NCBI GenBank assembly: GCA_965279035.1
Contig: OZ257142.1
Location: forward strand, 2,784,001 to 2,848,000
Direction: 5' to 3'
Length of the DNA stretch: 64,000 nucleotides
Source: Bacteroidia bacterium
GTDB lineage: Bacteria; Bacteroidota; Bacteroidia; M30B66
How positions within the stretch are numbered: the stretch's first letter is position 1; every line of letters begins with the position of its first letter. This document shows, piece after piece, positions 59,117 to 64,000 of this stretch. The notes under the pieces are model-generated. The model saw only the letters and a program-made list of their open reading frames with translations, ran no database searches and was not told where the DNA came from. The position numbers were made by a program, and so were the translations under genes.

Positions 59117-60883
59117 ATGAGTGTTTCGGGGAAAGCTTTCGATTTTTCATTATTACGACGTGTAATAGCTTACGTAAAACCATACAGAACTTGGCTTTGG
59201 ACCTCCGTTAGCTTAACTGTTATTTTGGCTTTTATATCACCAGTTCGTCCACTGTTGATTCAATACACGATTGATCATTACATCCTATTTCCTGATTCAA
59301 ATAGGTTGCTCAGCATGACCTTGATTATGATAGGCGTGTTGATATTTGAAGCATTGGGACAATTTTTCAGTAATTACATCACCAATCTTCTTGGACAAAG
59401 CGTTATTCGTGACTTACGAACCGATGTGTTTAATCATATTTCACGTTTGAAAGTGAAGTATTTCGACAATAATCCCATTGGCATGTTGGTCACGCGTGTT
59501 GTCAGTGATATTGAAACCATTGCTAGTATTTTTACCGAAGGTGTTGTGATTGTTTTTGGCGATTTACTTCAGCTTACCGTTGTTTTAGCGGTGATGTTTT
59601 ATACCGATTGGCGACTTTCATTAATATCGATTTCTACAATTCCACTTTTACTTGTAGCGACCAACGTGTTCAAAAACGGAATCAAAGCATCATTCCAAGA
59701 TGTAAGAACACAGGTAGCGCGACTTAATTCCTTTGTGCAAGAGCATATTACGGGCATGAACATCGTGCAAATATTTAATCGTGAAAAAGAGGAGATGGAG
59801 GTTTTTAAGGAAATCAACTTGCAACATGCACAGGCTAATATTCGCTCTGTTTGGCATTATTCGGTTTTCCTACCCATTGTCGAAATACTCAGTGCTGTTT
59901 CAATAGGATTGTTGATTTGGCTTGGTGCACGTGGTGTGATTGATGGAACATTTACCATAGGAAATTTGGTTGCATTTACGTTGTATGTGAACATGCTGTT
60001 TCGTCCAATACGTACGCTGGCCGACCGTTTCAATACACTACAAATGGGCATGGTAAGTTCTGAACGTGTATTTGCAGTGCTCGATACTCAGGAAACGATT
60101 GCAGATACAGGAACTATCAAACCTCAAACATTGAAAGGTCAAATCAAATTTGATCAGGTATGGATGGCTTATAATGAGGAAGAATGGATTTTACGGGATC
60201 TCAGTTTTGATGCTCCACCGGGAAGTACCATTGCCATTGTTGGAGCAACTGGTTCAGGAAAAACAACCATCATCAATTTGATCAACCGTTTTTATGAATT
60301 TCAAAAAGGCGAAATTCTCATTGATGGTATTGATATTCGACAATACGATGCACATGCTATTCGTAGTCAAGTTGCTGTCGTTTTGCAAGATGTGTTTTTG
60401 TTTTCCGATTCGATTGCCAATAACATCACACTCAATAATCCAGAAATATCACGCGAACAAATCATCGCTGCAGCCGAAAAAGTAGGAGCTGATGTGTTTA
60501 TTCGGCGTTTACCTGGCGGATATGATTACAATGTGATGGAACGCGGTGCGATGCTCAGTGCAGGACAAAGACAACTGATTGCTTTTATTCGTGCCTATCT
60601 CTTCAATCCAGCCATTCTTGTTTTAGATGAAGCAACATCGTCGGTTGATACAGAAACCGAACAGCTCATTCAACAGGCGATTGATACCGTTACAAAAAAC
60701 AGAACCTCGATTGTCATTGCACATCGCTTGGCTACCATTCAAAAGGCCGATGTAATTCTGGTAATGGAAAAAGGACAAATTGTTGAACGAGGAAATCATC
60801 AAGAATTACTTCGTCAAAACGGATATTATAAGCATTTGTTCGAACTTCAATTCAAAGAACAGCTCAATCAACCAAGTTTCTGA
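59117..60883 (+). CDS. ABC transporter, fused permease / ATP-binding (MdlB/MsbA-like)
   Basis: GATGSGKT, LSAGQRQ, LDEATSSVD, IAHRL; start ATG 59117. Confidence 0.93.
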   Translation: MSVSGKAFDFSLLRRVIAYVKPYRTWLWTSVSLTVILAFISPVRPLLIQYTIDHYILFPDSNRLLSMTLIMIGVLIFEALGQFFSNYITNLLGQSVIRDLRTDVFNHISRLKVKYFDNNPIGMLVTRVVSDIETIASIFTEGVVIVFGDLLQLTVVLAVMFYTDWRLSLISISTIPLLLVATNVFKNGIKASFQDVRTQVARLNSFVQEHITGMNIVQIFNREKEEMEVFKEINLQHAQANIRSVWHYSVFLPIVEILSAVSIGLLIWLGARGVIDGTFTIGNLVAFTLYVNMLFRPIRTLADRFNTLQMGMVSSERVFAVLDTQETIADTGTIKPQTLKGQIKFDQVWMAYNEEEWILRDLSFDAPPGSTIAIVGATGSGKTTIINLINRFYEFQKGEILIDGIDIRQYDAHAIRSQVAVVLQDVFLFSDSIANNITLNNPEISREQIIAAAEKVGADVFIRRLPGGYDYNVMERGAMLSAGQRQLIAFIRAYLFNPAILVLDEATSSVDTETEQLIQQAIDTVTKNRTSIVIAHRLATIQKADVILVMEKGQIVERGNHQELLRQNGYYKHLFELQFKEQLNQPSF

Positions 60884-61093
60884 TAAGCGTTGATACTAGT
60901 GGTTTTCAATTCCAATTCACAAGAATTGTTGAAAAGTTTTTTTCTCCTTTAAGCAGTCTTTTTAAAGGTTAACTGCTTCATACACAGATGTTGATTTGAA
61001 ATATGCAAGCAGTATAGGTAAGATTCCCTAAATTAATTTTACGTTAAGGAATCTGCTTTTTTATATACTTGCTATAAACCAAATCAACCAATT

Positions 61094-64000
61094 ATGAAAC
61101 AACTTTATCTGCCATGGAAGCTGATTCTGTTATTTCTGATCCTATCGATTGGAATGCAGGCTCAACGAATTGTCAAAGGAAAAGTGCTCAACGAGTCAGA
61201 TGGCGGCTCGGCTTTGCCTGGTGTAATCGTACTTGAAAAAGGAACGAGCAACAACACACTCACCAACATGAATGGTGAATTTACTTTAACTGTTAAAGGA
61301 ACTGAAAGTGTGCTTGTTTTCAGCTATGTTGGAATGGATCCTCGCGAGGTGAAAGCCGATAAAGACGTTATTAATGTATCAATGTTTCTCAAAGGAAGCC
61401 TCAAAGAACTTGTCGTTACGGCATTGGGTGTTTCGCATGAGAAGAAAGCATTAGGTTATGCTGTTTCCGAAGTTAGTGGAGCTGATTTAGTTCGTTCGGG
61501 GGAAGCGAATATCATTCAGGGTTTATCTTCGAAAGCAGCTGGTGTGCAAGTCACAGGCTCAGGAGGAACTCCGGGATCATCTTCAAAAATTAATATTCGC
61601 GGAAATCAAACATTTACAGGGAATAATCAACCACTCATTGTTGTAGATGGTGTTCCTATTGACAATACTACGTATACTTCAGCAGCTGCTGATGATCCAT
61701 ACAATGGAAATCTATCAGGCGTTAACAATTCAAACCGTGCATTGGATATTAATCCCGATGATATAGAATCGGTAACAATCCTTAAAGGCCCTGCTGCTGC
61801 TGCACTTTACGGCCAACGTGCTGGAACAGGTGCTATCATTTACACAACGAAAAAAGGCAAATACAAAAAAGGCATTGGTGTGACTTTCTCTTCTACTATT
61901 GAATTACAGAAAGTAAACAAACTACCTGAACGTCAAAACACCTATGCACAAGGTGCTCCCGATGAAAATGGAGTTCCTCAATATTCAACAGCTGATCCAG
62001 GTCCAGACCGCATTTTCGATACCGATGATGATGTTTCTTATGGTACTAGTTCCGTATGGGGACCAACCATCGCATCGCTTTCCGATCAAGGTATTACAGC
62101 TCATGACAATGCGAAGAATTTCTTTAAAACGGGACAAAACTTCAACAATCAAATTGCGATTGACGGTGGTACAGAAAATACAATGTATCGATTCTCCATT
62201 TCTAATTACAATAGCAGTGGTGTTATTCCAAATTCAAAATTGGATAGAACAACTGTTCGTCTAGCATCTGAGCATCGTTTGACAGACAAAATCAAAGTTG
62301 GAACAAGCATTAGTTATTCAAATACACGTTCAACTAAACCGCAAAATGGTTCAAACCTCGCGGGAATCATGCTTGGATTGATGCGTATGCCTGCGAGTTT
62401 CGATGGTAGTGATTATCAATACGACAATGGTTACACACGCAATTATTATGGATTGTATGATAATCCATTGTATACAGCCTATAAAAATCCTAACACAGGA
62501 AATGTGAATCGTGTATTTGGAAATACCTACATCAATGCTGATCCAACCAAATGGCTCAACATCATGTATAAAGTGGGTATTGACCAATACAGCGAACAAC
62601 GTCGTCAAGTGTATCATCGTTCTTCTGCAGGTGATGATAATTCACTCCGTTATGGTCAAGTAAACATGGATAACATCAATAGTTTCCAATTGTATTCTGA
62701 TCTCTTAGTGACTGCAAAAAAAGATTTCGGAAAAGACATCCATACCAATTTAACTTTAGGAAATAATGTTTGGAATACCAATTTCCAAAGTACATTCAGT
62801 CGTGGCCGTGATTTAATTATTGATGATTTCTACAATCTAGGAAATTCAATTGAACGCTATACTTCCAATAGTCAGGATCGTATTCGTACAGCAGCTGTTT
62901 TCTTTAATGGAGAAATTGATTGGAAGAATGCAGTGTATTTAACTTTAACAGGTCGTAACGAATGGTCTTCAACTTTTAATAAGGATAAAAACAATTTCTT
63001 CTATCCTTCTGCAAGTCTTTCGGTAGTAGTAAGTGAATTAACCAAACTACCTGATTGGTTCAGTTTCTTGAAGTTGCGCGGTGCTTTGGCTCAAAGTGGA
63101 ATTTCGCCACAGCCATATAAAAATAAAACCTATTATTCTCAGCCATTTTTTGCTGATGGTTTTACTAATGGAAATAGCTTCCCGTATTTAGGTCAAGTAG
63201 GATACGGAATTAACAGTATCAAAGGCAATTCGAACCTCTTACCTGAACGTGTGAACGGAAAAGAAGTGGGAACTGAAATGAAGTTTTTCCAAGGTCGTTT
63301 AGGTTTAGAAGTTACCTATTACCTTCAAACAACGGTTGATATTTTATTGGACAAACCAGTTGCTCCATCTTCTGGTTTTAATCGTGAATATGTGAACACT
63401 GGAAAAATGCAAAATCAAGGTTGGGAAGTGGCTATCACAGGCACACCAGTTAAAACAACCAATTTTACATGGGACATCAGTGCTACATGGTATCGTAACC
63501 GTTCAAAAGTATTAGCACTAGCACCAGGTGTTGACCAAGTGGATATTGAAGAAGCATTTGAAGATGTTGGAAGCTTTGCTGTTGTAGGACAACCTTATGG
63601 AACATTCTTCGGTTCTGCATGGCAAAAGACAAGTGATGGTCAATTGATTATCGACCCAAGCACTGGTTTACCTATCATCGATCCAAAACGTCAAGCACTT
63701 GGTAGTCCATATCCAGATTGGCTTTCAGGAGTTCGGAACACCTTTACAATTGGTAAAAATTTCACTCTTTCGATGTTATGGGATTTCCGTAAAGGGGGAA
63801 AAATTTGGAATGGTACCTGGGCACGTTTGAATCGTTTGGGACAAACTGCTGAATCGGCTGTTGACCGTGATAAACCTAAAGTAATTGATGGTGTAGTTGC
63901 CACAGGTTTTGATGATCAAGGCTATGCTATCGCAGGAACTGCAAAAAATACAACGGAGGTTTCATCATTCGATTATTACCGTTCGTATTTAGGTGATGCA
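61094..64000 (+). CDS. SusC/RagA family TonB-dependent receptor, 3' end outside the window (absent from the ORF track)
   Basis: Hand translation from ATG 61094: MKQLYLPWK..., LVVTALG, NRALDINPDDIESVTILKGPAAAALYGQRA.TGAIIYTTKKG, FFYPSASLS. Confidence 0.93.
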   Translation, partial: MKQLYLPWKLILLFLILSIGMQAQRIVKGKVLNESDGGSALPGVIVLEKGTSNNTLTNMNGEFTLTVKGTESVLVFSYVGMDPREVKADKDVINVSMFLKGSLKELVVTALGVSHEKKALGYAVSEVSGADLVRSGEANIIQGLSSKAAGVQVTGSGGTPGSSSKINIRGNQTFTGNNQPLIVVDGVPIDNTTYTSAAADDPYNGNLSGVNNSNRALDINPDDIESVTILKGPAAAALYGQRAGTGAIIYTTKKGKYKKGIGVTFSSTIELQKVNKLPERQNTYAQGAPDENGVPQYSTADPGPDRIFDTDDDVSYGTSSVWGPTIASLSDQGITAHDNAKNFFKTGQNFNNQIAIDGGTENTMYRFSISNYNSSGVIPNSKLDRTTVRLASEHRLTDKIKVGTSISYSNTRSTKPQNGSNLAGIMLGLMRMPASFDGSDYQYDNGYTRNYYGLYDNPLYTAYKNPNTGNVNRVFGNTYINADPTKWLNIMYKVGIDQYSEQRRQVYHRSSAGDDNSLRYGQVNMDNINSFQLYSDLLVTAKKDFGKDIHTNLTLGNNVWNTNFQSTFSRGRDLIIDDFYNLGNSIERYTSNSQDRIRTAAVFFNGEIDWKNAVYLTLTGRNEWSSTFNKDKNNFFYPSASLSVVVSELTKLPDWFSFLKLRGALAQSGISPQPYKNKTYYSQPFFADGFTNGNSFPYLGQVGYGINSIKGNSNLLPERVNGKEVGTEMKFFQGRLGLEVTYYLQTTVDILLDKPVAPSSGFNREYVNTGKMQNQGWEVAITGTPVKTTNFTWDISATWYRNRSKVLALAPGVDQVDIEEAFEDVGSFAVVGQPYGTFFGSAWQKTSDGQLIIDPSTGLPIIDPKRQALGSPYPDWLSGVRNTFTIGKNFTLSMLWDFRKGGKIWNGTWARLNRLGQTAESAVDRDKPKVIDGVVATGFDDQGYAIAGTAKNTTEVSSFDYYRSYLGDA

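Noticed and set aside
61007-61062. Hairpin-like AGATTCC...GGAATCT before the SusC gene as a riboswitch
   Set aside because: It lies upstream of the likely TATACTTG promoter box and matches no aptamer I recognise; at most a weak terminator or operator

Overview
AT-rich Bacteroidota chromosomal segment, judged from TAnnTTTG-type promoters, T9SS cargo genes, the bat operon and a SusC-type receptor. It is mostly core genes: CPA2 antiporter, MFS, USP, udk, the parA-parB-DUF5683-dapB-lepB operon, LptF/G-GT4-GT4-ribBA, recQ-mpg, rpe, moxR-DUF58-batA-E, truA, an ABC transporter and a partial SusC. No rRNA, tRNA or CRISPR array was seen. Accessory parts: (i) a complete IS4-family element with TIRs and a 9-bp TSD inserted into an inverted heptamer array; (ii) a T9SS cargo / ECF sigma / dual-membrane-spanning-type anti-sigma module next to a ~2,540-aa SprB-repeat T9SS protein; (iii) a ~39.3-48.6 kb variable island with REP-like palindromes, an XRE-HTH plus coiled-coil gene pair and two convergent orphan RHS toxin-immunity cassettes sharing a 280-bp inverted repeat; (iv) a four-helix-bundle gene bounded by inverted octamer arrays that fill the moxR-DUF58 junction exactly; (v) a stand-alone NUMOD4-HNH-HTH gene with a multi-hairpin 5' leader. 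Family assignments come from motif recognition by eye and all alignments and counts are manual; no database searches were run.
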